A DNA stretch of 64,000 nt from an uncultured Phycisphaerales bacterium. GTDB lineage: Bacteria > Planctomycetota > Phycisphaerae > Phycisphaerales > SM1A02. The position numbers were made by a program, and so were the translations under genes. Positions 1-10,500 of the stretch are shown one piece after another. Positions within the stretch are counted from its first letter, which is position 1. Every line of letters begins with the position of its first letter. The notes beneath the pieces are model-generated. The model did not search any database. It was not told the origin of the DNA and worked only from the letters and a program-made list of their open reading frames with translations. Where the stretch lies: positions 21,851 through 85,850 of the forward strand of contig CALKEP010000010.1 of the NCBI GenBank assembly GCA_938084645.1, given 5' to 3'.

Positions 1-25
1 GACGGCGTGCGGATCCGGCGTCGTC

Positions 26-55
26 TTGATTCACCACCCGGATCGCGGATACCCT
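26..55 (+). promoter_or_regulatory. Putative sigma70 promoter (TTGATT-18 nt-TACCCT) for the uORF-secA unit
   Basis: TTGATT at 26-31 and TACCCT at 50-55, about 40 nt upstream of the ORF at 96. Confidence 0.4.
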
Positions 56-95
56 GCTGGGTCCGACCGCCCCCCGAAGATCCCTCCCGCCCGAC

Positions 96-437
96 ATGAA
101 CCCCTCCGACATCCATTCTCGCGAAGCCAACGCCGTGAGCACGCTGGCGACCATGCTGGCCGCCGCGGTCGTGCTGTCGGTCGGCGTGGCGAGTGGCAGT
201 CTCGGCACCCTCGCCCCGGCCGCCGCCGTGAACGCGGTGTTCATGGGCGGCATGCACACCGTCGCGACGTCGGGAACCGCGCACCCTTCCGTTCGGATGG
301 TTGCGCCCCGAAGCCGATCGGTGCTCGCGCTGACGGCGGCGGATCGCCGGATCGCGCCGGGTGAGGCCGATCGGATCGAGATCGCAGGGCCTTCCGGGCC
401 CGCGGCGTCGAACCTGCCGCCACCGTACGCCGGCTGA
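96..437 (+). CDS. Leader ORF upstream of secA (113 aa) with N-terminal hydrophobic segment and C-terminal LPPP; candidate translation-arrest peptide
   Basis: Hydrophobic stretch TLATMLAAAVVLSVGVASG; ends ...EIAGPSGPAASNLPPPYAG-stop; co-oriented, 153 nt before secA. Confidence 0.65.
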   Translation: MNPSDIHSREANAVSTLATMLAAAVVLSVGVASGSLGTLAPAAAVNAVFMGGMHTVATSGTAHPSVRMVAPRSRSVLALTAADRRIAPGEADRIEIAGPSGPAASNLPPPYAG

Positions 438-590
438 GCCCCCCGACGTCCGAATCCGGACGCCGGTCGCCGACTCCCGCGTCACCGTCTCAAATCACAC
501 CGACTCCATCCACGCCGACCAATCCAGGTCAGGGCGTGTCTTGATCGACCGACATCGCGTCGGGCGGTCGTTTCCCGAAAGGATCCCGTC

Positions 591-3500
591 ATGGGCGTTC
601 CGTTCTTCGGCTGGGCTGCCAGAAAGCTCTTCGGCACTCGCAATCAGCGCCAGGTCTCCCGCTACCTCGAGAAGGTGGAGAAGGTGAACGCCTTCGAAGA
701 GGAGATGCGATCGCTCAGCGACGCCGAGCTCCGGGACCGTACGGCGGAGTTCCGGCGTCGGGTCAAGGAAGAGGGTGCCGTCGGGTACGACCTCATCCCC
801 GAGGCCTTCGCGGTCGCCCGCGAGGCGATGGATCGTTCCGTGGGCATCCGGAACATCTTCAATCCGGAGGCCGGGTTCGATCCGGACACCCTCCCCACCG
901 AAGCCCGGACGATGTACGACGCCGTCAAGGCGGAGATCGACCGGACCGACGACGCGCCACCCGAGGGCGAATTCCTGGGGTGCGAGGAGCCCATTCCCGC
1001 CTGGCGTTTCGTGGAGATCCCCCCCGACCTCTACCAGGCGGTGCGGGAACTCCATCCGACCAGCCGGCCGCCGTTCCGGGCCCGTCCCTTCGACGTCCAG
1101 CTCATCGGCGGAACCGTCCTGAGCGAGGGTCGGATCGCGGAGATGAAGACCGGCGAGGGCAAGACGATCGTCGCACCGCTCGCCTGCTATCTCGCGTGCA
1201 TCGAGGAGAAGCAGGTCCACGTGGTGACGGTGAACGACTACCTGGTGCAGCGCGACCGGGACTGGACCTTCCCGTTCTTCCACGCCCTCGGGCTGACCGT
1301 CGGTGCGATTCATCCCTTCCACATGCAGCCCGCCGACCGCAAGAAGGCGATGTACGAATGCGACGTGGTCTACGGGACCACCGCGGAGTTCGGTTTCGAC
1401 TATCTCCGCGACAACATGAAGCTCCGCGCCGAGGATCAGGTCCAGAAGCGACGGGAGTTCGCGGTGGTGGACGAGGTCGATTCGATCCTGATCGACGAGG
1501 CCCGCACCCCGCTGATCATCTCGGGTCCCGCCCACTCCGTGCGGCCGCGCTACGAACTCGCCGACGGTCTCGCCCGGCATCTCGTCGAGGGCCAGCGTGA
1601 CTGGACGACGGCGGACGAGAAGGTCCAGTCCTGCGAGGTCCGGATTTCCGGACTCGAGGGCGACATCCGGAACGCCCGCGACAAGGCCGCGCTTCCGGGA
1701 CTGAAGGCCGAACTCGAGGCCGCCCGCGAGGAACTCCCGCGACTGGAGTCCGCCCGCGAGAAGCACGTGCAGTTCTTCGAGGTCGAACTCGACAAGAAGC
1801 AGGCTTCGCTCACCCACGAAGGCATCACGGAGGCCCAGCGCAAGGCCGGCGTCGGCTCCTTCTACGTCGGTGAGAACATCGACCTCCCCCACCTGCTGGA
1901 GCAGGCGTTGCGGGCCCACGTGGTCTACGTCGGCGACCGGGACTACGTGGTCGCCGCCGACGACCAGGGTGAGATGGGCGTCGTGATCGTCGACCAGAAC
2001 ACGGGCCGCAAGATGGTCGGTCGGCAGTGGTCCGACGGCCTGCATCAGGCGGTCGAGGCGAAGGAAGGCGTCCCGATCAAGGATGAGACGCAGACGATGG
2101 CGACGATCACCATCCAGAACTTCTTCAAGATGTACGAGCGGCTGGCGGGAATGACCGGGACCGCGGACACCGAAGCGACGGAGTTCCACGAGATCTACCG
2201 GCTCGACGTGGTGTCGATCCCCACCAACGTGCCAGTGGAGCGGTTCGACCGCAACGACCTCGTCTACCTCAACGAAGGCGACAAGTGGCACGCGATCGTC
2301 GAGGAGGTCCGGCGTTCCTGGGAGGTCGGCCTGCCGGTGCTGGTGGGCACCACCAGCGTCGAACGGAGCGAGATGCTCAGCCGCATGCTGACCAAGGCCC
2401 ATCGCATCCCGCACGAGGTGCTCAATGCGAAGCAGCACGAGCGGGAGGCGGACATCGTGCAGGGTGCCGGCGGACTCGGCGCGGTGATGATCGCCACCAA
2501 CATGGCGGGTCGAGGCACCGACATCAAGCTCGCGAGATTCGATCGGGCGACGCTGATCGAACATTGGAAGAAGGCCGGGATCTGCTCGAAGGACGCCGAT
2601 GCCTCGATGAGCGACGACGAGGTCCTCGCTCGCTGCTGGCGACAGATCGCCCAGCGCGATCTCGGACTCTCCCGAAAGGACGCGGAGGCCCTCGATCCGG
2701 CCGAGGCCCGGCGTCGGCTGCTCGTGATGTGGGCGGTCGAGCTCGCCTGGCAGGATCCTGCGAAGGCGGAGCGGATGTCGGTCGAGGATCTCGAAGCGGC
2801 GCTCGACGCGTCGGGGACCTGCAGGCTCCACCGGCTCGGCTTCCACGACAGCGTGGAGAGCATGGGCGGACTGCACATCATCGGCACCGAACGACACGAG
2901 AGCCGTCGGATCGACAACCAGCTTCGCGGTCGCGCGGGGCGTCAGGGCGACAACGGCAGCAGTCGGTTCTTCCTCAGTCTCGAGGACGACCTGATGAAGA
3001 TGTTCGCGGGCAAGAAGACGCTCTACGTCCTGTCGAAGCTCGGCATGAAGGAGGGTGACGCGATCGAGCACCCGATGCTCTCCCGGTCGGTCGAGAACGC
3101 GCAGCGCAAGGTCGAGGAGCGGAACTTCCAGATCCGGAAGAACATCCTCGAGTACGACGAGCCGATGGAGCACCAGCGACAGGCGTTCTACGCCATTCGC
3201 CAGCCCGCGCTGGAGAACAAGCAGATCAAGGAACGGATCTTCGAGTACGTCGAGGAGGCCACGCACGACGAGGCGGGTCGTCTGCTCTCGGCGGACTACC
3301 GCGCCCGCTGCATCAGCGAGTGGATCCACGAGAACCTCGGCTTCCTGGTGGAGCCGGAACGCATCCGGAAGAAGGATCGCGAGGACCTGCACGCCCTGAT
3401 TCGCGGTGACTATCTGGAGGAAGGCAGCGAGGTCGTCGCGAACACCTGCAACGAATACCTCGCCGACGACCTCGAGCCCGCGGAGTGGGACGTCGAGGGG

Positions 3501-4784
3501 TTCGCGCGATGGGCGGCGAAGGAGTACGACGCGGAGCTCGATCCCGAAGCGATCCGGACCTCCGGCCGCCGCGAGGTCATTCGAATGATCGAGGCCGCCC
3601 AGGTGGCCAAGATCGAAGCCTTCGATCTTTCGCCGCTCGACACCTATCTGGTGAAGGACTACGGCGCCCGCGAGCTCGTCAAGTGGGCGAACGGCAAGTT
3701 CGACACCGAGTTCGAATCGGAGATCGTGACCGACGTCTCGAGCGACGAAGTCGCGGCCGAACGCCTCCTCGACGCCGCCCGCGAGGCGTACCGTCGGCGG
3801 GAGATCGAATACCCGATCGACTATGCGGTGGATCTGACGACCGCGGGCATGCCGCAGGATCCTCGCGCCGCCCTGTCCCAGTTCTGCGCGTGGGCCAAGT
3901 CCCGGTACGAGCTGAACTGGTCGAGCTCCGCCCTGCCTTCGTCCGATCCGAAGGAACTTCGCACCCTGCTCGTGGACCAGGCCAGGAAGTGGGATGACGG
4001 CAGGATCGCGGCCCGGGCCGCCGACGCGGTGAAGGAGGCCGGCGACGACGTGTCGGCGCTCGACGCGTGGTTCCAGCGGGAGTGCCTCGTCGCCCTGACC
4101 GAGGACGAACGGACCGCGGCCGTCGAAGAGGGGCTTGAACCGTTCGCCCGTCGTCGGATCTCGGAGCTGCTCCGGACCGAGCTGAGCCAGTTCGAGCGAT
4201 GGGTGATGCTGCAGGTCCTCGACACGGCCTGGAAGGATCATCTGCACTCGATGGATCAGATCAAGGATGCGATCGGTTTCCGAGCCTTCAGCCAGAAGGA
4301 TCCGCGGATCGAATTCAAGCGGGAGTCGGCCCGTCTCTTCGACGAGATGAAGGAGCAGATCCGGGATCGGCTCACCGATCTCGTCTTCAAGGGTCGTCTC
4401 CAGCCGCAGGCGGCGCGTCCCGCCCAGGGCGACGGGTCAACGCCCGCCCGGCCCGCGGCGGCGGGTCGAACCGCGCCCGTCCAGAAGCTGGAGGCCGCTC
4501 GTTCGGCGGTCGCCGCGGCGGCGGCGATGCTCGCCGAAGCGGGCGAGGATGCCGAGGCGGGAACCGAGGAGCAACGTCGCGACCTCGAGATCGCGGAGCG
4601 TGCGGGAAGTGAGGAGGCGACGGCCTCCGGGGCCTCCGCGCGAACCCCCGCTCCGAGCCGAACGGCACCTGCGATCGGCCGGAACGAAGTGGTGACGGTG
4701 ATCGATCCGGCTTCGGGCGAACGGCAGGAGATGAAGTGGAAGAAGGCCGAGCCACTGGTCAAGAAGGGATGGAAGCTCGGCTGA
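591..4784 (+). CDS. secA: Preprotein translocase ATPase SecA (enlarged, 1397 aa)
   Basis: EMKTGEGKT Walker A, VVDEVDSILIDEARTPLIISG, GMTGTA, TNMAGRGTDI, HESRRIDNQLRGRAGRQGD, QKDPRIEFK; SD AAAGGA at 578-583. Confidence 0.99.
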   Translation: MGVPFFGWAARKLFGTRNQRQVSRYLEKVEKVNAFEEEMRSLSDAELRDRTAEFRRRVKEEGAVGYDLIPEAFAVAREAMDRSVGIRNIFNPEAGFDPDTLPTEARTMYDAVKAEIDRTDDAPPEGEFLGCEEPIPAWRFVEIPPDLYQAVRELHPTSRPPFRARPFDVQLIGGTVLSEGRIAEMKTGEGKTIVAPLACYLACIEEKQVHVVTVNDYLVQRDRDWTFPFFHALGLTVGAIHPFHMQPADRKKAMYECDVVYGTTAEFGFDYLRDNMKLRAEDQVQKRREFAVVDEVDSILIDEARTPLIISGPAHSVRPRYELADGLARHLVEGQRDWTTADEKVQSCEVRISGLEGDIRNARDKAALPGLKAELEAAREELPRLESAREKHVQFFEVELDKKQASLTHEGITEAQRKAGVGSFYVGENIDLPHLLEQALRAHVVYVGDRDYVVAADDQGEMGVVIVDQNTGRKMVGRQWSDGLHQAVEAKEGVPIKDETQTMATITIQNFFKMYERLAGMTGTADTEATEFHEIYRLDVVSIPTNVPVERFDRNDLVYLNEGDKWHAIVEEVRRSWEVGLPVLVGTTSVERSEMLSRMLTKAHRIPHEVLNAKQHEREADIVQGAGGLGAVMIATNMAGRGTDIKLARFDRATLIEHWKKAGICSKDADASMSDDEVLARCWRQIAQRDLGLSRKDAEALDPAEARRRLLVMWAVELAWQDPAKAERMSVEDLEAALDASGTCRLHRLGFHDSVESMGGLHIIGTERHESRRIDNQLRGRAGRQGDNGSSRFFLSLEDDLMKMFAGKKTLYVLSKLGMKEGDAIEHPMLSRSVENAQRKVEERNFQIRKNILEYDEPMEHQRQAFYAIRQPALENKQIKERIFEYVEEATHDEAGRLLSADYRARCISEWIHENLGFLVEPERIRKKDREDLHALIRGDYLEEGSEVVANTCNEYLADDLEPAEWDVEGFARWAAKEYDAELDPEAIRTSGRREVIRMIEAAQVAKIEAFDLSPLDTYLVKDYGARELVKWANGKFDTEFESEIVTDVSSDEVAAERLLDAAREAYRRREIEYPIDYAVDLTTAGMPQDPRAALSQFCAWAKSRYELNWSSSALPSSDPKELRTLLVDQARKWDDGRIAARAADAVKEAGDDVSALDAWFQRECLVALTEDERTAAVEEGLEPFARRRISELLRTELSQFERWVMLQVLDTAWKDHLHSMDQIKDAIGFRAFSQKDPRIEFKRESARLFDEMKEQIRDRLTDLVFKGRLQPQAARPAQGDGSTPARPAAAGRTAPVQKLEAARSAVAAAAAMLAEAGEDAEAGTEEQRRDLEIAERAGSEEATASGASARTPAPSRTAPAIGRNEVVTVIDPASGERQEMKWKKAEPLVKKGWKLG

Positions 4785-4794
4785 CCTCGTCGAC

Positions 4795-4822
4795 TTGAAG
4801 ACGGAGCCGGAGTCGCTACACT
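4795..4822 (+). promoter_or_regulatory. sigma70 promoter of tRNA-Lys (TTGAAG-16 nt-TACACT)
   Basis: TTGAAG at 4795-4800, TACACT at 4817-4822, 6 nt before the mature tRNA 5' end. Confidence 0.6.
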
Positions 4823-4828
4823 CGTCCC

Positions 4829-4901
<73 letters not shown>

Positions 4902-4998
4902 TTGTGACGGAACGTGTCTGATCGACCTTCCGCATCGTTCAATCCGCCCTTGCGGCGGCCTGAACCGGACCCGGGCCTCGGAGCCCGTGGCCAGATTC

Positions 4999-5044
4999 GA
5001 AGAACCCCCGCGAGCGGCGACGCTCCCGGGGGTTCTTCCTTTTC
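4999..5044 (+). terminator. Intrinsic terminator-like hairpin downstream of the tRNA
   Basis: GAAGAACCCCCG-CGAGCG-GCGA-CGCTC-CCGGGGGTTCTTC followed by CTTTT. Confidence 0.7.
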
Positions 5045-5191
5045 CGCTGGACAACAGCTTCGAACGCCCCCGCCGCACGGGGCCGATGCGAAATCCGGTT
5101 TTCTCGAGCCGTGGCTGTCACGGGCCGGGGCGTCGACGCTACCAGTCTGCGATCACATCAGCCCCCCGCAACGCCAGGAAGGAACCCCGAC

Positions 5192-5299
5192 ATGCTCACC
5201 GACGACCTCATGACCGTGGCCTGGACCACCGCCTGCATCGCCCTGAGCCTCTACGCCTTCCATCGTCGAGATGTCCGTCGAGCCATGGCGGGTGACTGA
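5192..5299 (+). CDS. Small single-transmembrane peptide (35 aa)
   Basis: SD-like AGGAAGGA upstream of ATG 5192; MLTDDLMTVAWTTACIALSLYAFHRRDVRRAMAGD has a hydrophobic helix then a basic tail; GC-rich third positions; followed by a hairpin. Confidence 0.55.
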   Translation: MLTDDLMTVAWTTACIALSLYAFHRRDVRRAMAGD

Positions 5300-5384
5300 G
5301 CGTCGATCACCCTTCCAGCTGTTTCCGGGTCGGTGGCACGGAGAATGGGGGTCGAGAGAGAGAGAGCGTGTCTCCGGGCACGGG

Positions 5385-5418
5385 CATGACACGGCTTCCG
5401 GGCCGTGTCATGTCGTTT
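5385..5418 (+). terminator. Hairpin downstream of the small ORF
   Basis: CATGACACGGC-TTCCGG-GCCGTGTCATG (11-bp stem) followed by TCGTTT. Confidence 0.6.
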
Positions 5419-5518
5419 CCAGAGGGCGGCCCGGCGATCCTGCGGGTGATGAATGCTAGGATCTACGGTCGGATCCGCTGCTCCTCCGCAGCCGCCCGTC
5501 GACTGGAATCCAAGCGTC

Positions 5519-7354
5519 ATGCGTCACCTTCGTGTCATTCTCGTCGCCACCCTGCTTCCGTTCCTCGGTTCCTTCGTCGCCTGCGACATGGTGGAACGGG
5601 TCGACCCGGAAAAAGGCGCTTCCAGCCTGGAGCGCCGGAACTTCGAGATCGACGTTCAGCCGATCATGCGAGGCACCGTTGCGAGCGAGGCCGCGATCGC
5701 GGGCGAGAATCCCACGATCGTCCGAGGCTACGGACTCGTGGTCGGACTTCGGGGCACCGGAAGTCGCCTGATGCCGGCCCAGGTCCGTTCCTGGATGCTT
5801 CAGGAAATGGCCCGGCGAGGCGTCGGCAACCCGGCGACCGGCTACGGCGACATCTCTCCGGAACGCCTGCTGGACTCGGAAGACACCGCGGTGGTGGTCG
5901 TCGAGGGGGTGATCCCGCCCGGCGGCGTCGCGGACAGTCGTTTCGACGTTCGGGTGTATTCGGCACCGGGAACCGGTACCACGAGCCTCGAAGGCGGAAC
6001 GCTCTACACGACGGATCTCCGGCCCGGTGACATCAGTGTCGGGCCCAAGCAGGCCACCGCCCTCGCCAAGGCCAGAGGTCAGATCTTCATCAATCCGTTC
6101 GCCGAGCCGAATGCTCGAAACAAGGACACCGTCGATCGGCTCACGGGCCGGATCATGGATGGCGGCATCGTCGACGACGACATGCCGCTCAAGCTGCGGA
6201 TGGCGGTGCGAAGTCACGTGCGTGCGATGGCGGTTCGGGATGCGATCAACTCCCGGTTTCCGCGAGAGCCCGGTCAGAGCGACGAGACCGCCCACGGCAA
6301 GAGCGGTGAAGAGATCATGCTCACGGTTCCGCCGAGCCATCATGACGACCCCCAGCGTTTCGTCGATCTCGTGAAGCACAGTTCGCTCCGTCCGGAAGCC
6401 GTCGAGGCGACCGCGTTGAGCGTGCGCCGCGCCCTGCTGGCGAATCCCGGATTCACCAAGGAAGCGACCCTCCGCTGGCAGGCCCTGGGGCCGAAGTCGA
6501 TCCCGGTGATCCAGGATCTCTACGACTATCCGGAGGAAGGCCCGAGGCTCGCCGCCCTGATCGCCGGTGCCAAGCTCGACGACGCCTCGGTGGCCCCCCA
6601 CCTCGTCGCGATCGCGAACGACGGAACCGTGGATGCGAAGCTCGCCTGCATCAAGCTTCTTTCGGAGATGGGCCCGAATCCGACGATCGAGATGGGGCTT
6701 CGCCCCCTCCTCGACGCGGAGGACGTCGACATCCGGCTCGCGACCTTCGAGGCCCTCGAGAAGCGGGCCGACCCGATCGTCGCGGCCTACGACATCGATG
6801 ACAAGTTCATTCTGAACCTCGTTCCGAGCGATCGACCGCTGATCTACGTGGCCCAGACCGGGCGCCCGAGAATCGTGATCTTCGGCGACGGCCAGGAGGT
6901 GGAGCGGCCGATGTTCCTGGAGGCGTGGAGCAATCGTCTCCTCATGAAGGCCGACAGCGGAGACGGTCGGCTCGAGGTGTTCTACCGCGAGGCCGCCAAC
7001 CTTCCGGCCCAGATCGACGAGGTCAGCCCCGAAGTCGGGCAGCTGGTCGCGTACTTCGGGCATCGGACCACCATCGAGGCCCCCGCCCCCGGCATCGGTC
7101 TGACCTACGGCGAGACGATCGGCGCGCTGCACCAGCTCTGGCGCGAGGGCTATCTCACCAGCGACTTCAAGGCCGAGCAGGATCGGGTCCTGGCCGCGAT
7201 CGTCCGGGCCCAGACGACCGAGGAAAGCCCCGATCGGGCCGAGTTCGACGCCGACCTGCCGATGATCGACGAGAACGAGGACGGAATCCCGGACGACCCG
7301 ATGCCGAATCGGCTTGAAGCACCTCGCAAGGGCGGCGATACTGTTCCTCGGTGA
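5519..7354 (+). CDS. Lipoprotein with FlgI (flagellar P-ring)-like N-terminal domain and HEAT-like repeats
   Basis: Lipobox-like [32 protein letters not shown]...FDVRVYS...[13 protein letters not shown] resemble FlgI; helical repeats such as [20 protein letters not shown]. Confidence 0.75.
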   Translation: MRHLRVILVATLLPFLGSFVACDMVERVDPEKGASSLERRNFEIDVQPIMRGTVASEAAIAGENPTIVRGYGLVVGLRGTGSRLMPAQVRSWMLQEMARRGVGNPATGYGDISPERLLDSEDTAVVVVEGVIPPGGVADSRFDVRVYSAPGTGTTSLEGGTLYTTDLRPGDISVGPKQATALAKARGQIFINPFAEPNARNKDTVDRLTGRIMDGGIVDDDMPLKLRMAVRSHVRAMAVRDAINSRFPREPGQSDETAHGKSGEEIMLTVPPSHHDDPQRFVDLVKHSSLRPEAVEATALSVRRALLANPGFTKEATLRWQALGPKSIPVIQDLYDYPEEGPRLAALIAGAKLDDASVAPHLVAIANDGTVDAKLACIKLLSEMGPNPTIEMGLRPLLDAEDVDIRLATFEALEKRADPIVAAYDIDDKFILNLVPSDRPLIYVAQTGRPRIVIFGDGQEVERPMFLEAWSNRLLMKADSGDGRLEVFYREAANLPAQIDEVSPEVGQLVAYFGHRTTIEAPAPGIGLTYGETIGALHQLWREGYLTSDFKAEQDRVLAAIVRAQTTEESPDRAEFDADLPMIDENEDGIPDDPMPNRLEAPRKGGDTVPR

Positions 7355-7545
7355 GGTGGACGTCTCCGGACCAGGTCCGTCGACGGTTCGGGACCCGGAG
7401 TCCTTCGACCTCGCCGCTGCGGGGAACCGCAACGGAGGCAGGACCCTTCCGGCCTCGACTCGCGTGTCGCCGGCTCTGCGCCGCCACGACGAGCATGCCC
7501 GCCACGGCACGGATGCGTGGCGATATCGACAGGAGGTCGATTCAC

Positions 7546-10500
7546 GTGCGACTCGCCAAACTCACGCTCTCCGGATTCAAGAGCTTCGCCGACCGGACCG
7601 AGTTCACGTTCGACGAGCCGATCATCGGCGTGGTCGGACCGAACGGCTGCGGGAAATCGAACGTCGTCGACGCGGTGAAGTGGGTCCTCGGCGAGCGGAG
7701 TGCGAAGAGCCTCCGTGGCTCCGCGATGCAGGACGTGATCTTCGCGGGAAGCGCCGCCCGCAAGCCGATGGGCATGGCCGAGGTCACCCTCACCTTCGAG
7801 AACCCTCGCCTCGAACGACCGCTCGAGGCGATCGTCGCGGCCGGTGATCTTCCCGCGGCACTCGACCCCGACCTCGATGCCGAGCCGTCAGCCGAACATC
7901 CGATCGAAGCGATGGACGAGGACGAACTCGCCCTCGCCGGCGGTGACGGGCAGGTCGTCGACCGGACGCGGGTGCGGGATCGGCGGCTACCCATCGACAC
8001 CGACGAGGTCTCGGTCACGCGACGACTCTACGCGGACGGTCGAAGCGGCTACCTCATCAACGATCGCAAGTGCAGGCTTCGTGACATCAAGGAGCTCTTT
8101 CTCGACACCGGTGTGGGTACGAACGCCTACTCGATCATCGAGCAGGGCAAGGTCGACGCGATGCTCCTGGCCAATCCGATGGAGCGTCGGTCCATCCTCG
8201 AGGAAGCCGCAGGCGTCGCGAAATTCCGCCAGCGCAAGCTCGAGTCGTCCCGCAAGCTCGACGCCGCCGAGCGAAACCTCGTGCAGGTCCGTGAGAAGCT
8301 CGCGAACACCGAGCGTCGTCTTCGCATCGTGCGAAGCCAGGCGGAGAAGGCGGAGCGATTCCGTGGACTCGACGATCGACGACGGACGCTTCGCACCGCG
8401 ATCGCCCGCGATCAGTTCGAGGAGTTCGACGACCGCCTGGCGGGGCTGACCCGGCAACTCGCCGCGATCGAGACCGAACGCCGCGGGCTCGCCGCGAATC
8501 TCGCCGAACTCGAAGAAGCCAAGCAGGCCGCGGAGATCGAACGGCATCACGTCCAGGAACGACGCCACGATCTCGAGCAGGAACGACTGACCGAGCGAAA
8601 CCGTCTGGATCAGGCGGGGCAGCGGATCGAACTGACGACCCGTCATCGTGACGACGCCGAGAAGGCGATCGCGGATGAAACCCGTCGGATCGGCGAGCTC
8701 GAAGTGCAGGTCGAGGCGTTGGGGCGGGATCTCGCGGAGGTCGAGGCCCGGATCGATGAGTCCGCCCAGGACGCGGCGGCGTCGGAGATCCGGCTCGCCG
8801 ACGAGACCACGCGTCGCCATCAGTTCGAAGCCGCGCGTACCGAAGCGGTCGCCACCCTGGAGGACGCCCGGGACGGGCTCGCCGCGGCCGATCGCGACCG
8901 AATCCGACTGGAATCGGCGGTGCGGGGTGTCGATGCCCGCGAGACCGAGCTGCAGGAACGACTTCGCCGGCTTGCCGAGAAGGCGAGGCCGTTCGCCGCG
9001 GACCTCGACATGCATCGTGTCCAGCGACTGCGGGCGTCCAATCGCGTCGACGTCCTCGTGGATCGGATCCACCGGCTCGATGCCGACCTTCGCGGGGAAG
9101 AGGAGCGGATCGTCCGGCTCGATGACCGGCGGTCGGATCTCACGCGGCGGATCGCCGGAAACCGTGACGAGCGGACTGGAACCGAGACACGGCGTCATCT
9201 TCTCGAGGAGATGGCCACCGCGGGTGAAGGCATCGGCGATGCCGTCCGAGAGGTGCTTGATCTCTCCGAAACGGTCGACGGAATCCTCGGACCGCTCTCG
9301 GATCACATCGACGTCGACCGGGACGACGCGGAAGCGATCGAAGCGGCGCTCGGAACGCATCTTCAGGCCGTAGTCGTCGAGTCGTCCAGCGTCGCCGACG
9401 AGATTCTTCGCCGGCTTCCCGAGCTTCAGGGCCGGGTCGAACTTCTTCCCATCAGCCGGTTCACCCCGGGGTCCGCGCCCACGACGCGGATCAGCGCGGC
9501 CATCCGAGCGACCGAGGAACTGATCGAGGCCGCGAGCCTGGTTCGCGCCGACCCCAGGGTCCTCGGCGTGGTCGAATTCCTGCTCGGGGACACGCTCGTC
9601 GTCGACGACTTCCCGTCCTGCCGCCGGCTGGCACGCCGTGGCATCGGGCGGCGACTGGTGAGCCGTGACGGCCACGTGCTCGGTGCCGCCGGGGAAGTGG
9701 TCTTTCGATCCGCCGCCGGCCGCGAGGAAGGCCACGGGCTGCTCGGTCGAAAGGCGGAACTGACGGAACTCGAAGGGATCGGCTCGAGGCTCGAGAAGGT
9801 GCGGCAGGAACTCGAAGGCGAGGCGTCCACGCTCGACGCGGAGCACTCCACTCGAGGCGAGCGTCGGCACGATCTCTCCGAGAACCTCCGGTCCGCTCGG
9901 GCGGAAGAGGTGGAGCAGCGGTACGCGATCGACCGGACCTCCCAGATGATCGACCGGATCGCCCGTGAACGCGGGGAGCTCGAAGGCGAACAGTCCGAGA
10001 TCGTCGAACAGCTCACGTCGGTCCATCTCGAACGCCGGCGTCTCGACGGCGAGCGGGCGATGGCCATCGAACACGAGGCGACGATCGCCGCCAGCCTCGA
10101 GGCTTCGCGAGTCCGGCTCGCAGAGGTCTCCGAGGCCTCGGATGCCGCCATGGAATCGGTGGCCGCGGAACGCACCCGGCTCGGCGAGATCAACGCCCGC
10201 CTCGAATCCACCCGGCGAGAACGAACCCGCATGTCGGCGGCGCTCGAGGAGTCCGATCGCCAGCTCGACCGCGGTCGGGAACAGATCGCGGAGCGGCGGG
10301 GTCGGATCACCGAGTATCTCGAGGCGATCGCGGCGGCCGAGACCGAGGTCGCCGCCTCGACCGCCACCCTCGAAGGGATGGACGGACGGTTCGCCGAGAA
10401 CGACCAGGCCATCGAAACCGCGACCGAGCGTCTCGAGACGACGGCGACCTCGCTCGAGGCCGCGCGGGTCGAGGCCGGTCGGCTGGATCGCGACGCCCAC

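Noticed and set aside
495..4247. 1250-aa minus-strand ORF, and similar long antisense ORFs such as 7987-11319, 19330-21873, 32339-34270, 40997-42766 and 50665-52605
   Set aside because: Antisense shadows of well-supported genes, expected in high-GC coding DNA; no recognisable motifs
7355..7545. Structured ncRNA or riboswitch upstream of smc
   Set aside because: GC-rich pairing is possible, but no family motif was recognised
7800..7985. Inteins in the SMC, SecA or DnaE2 insertions
   Set aside because: No Cys/Ser start with His-Asn end and no homing endonuclease motifs
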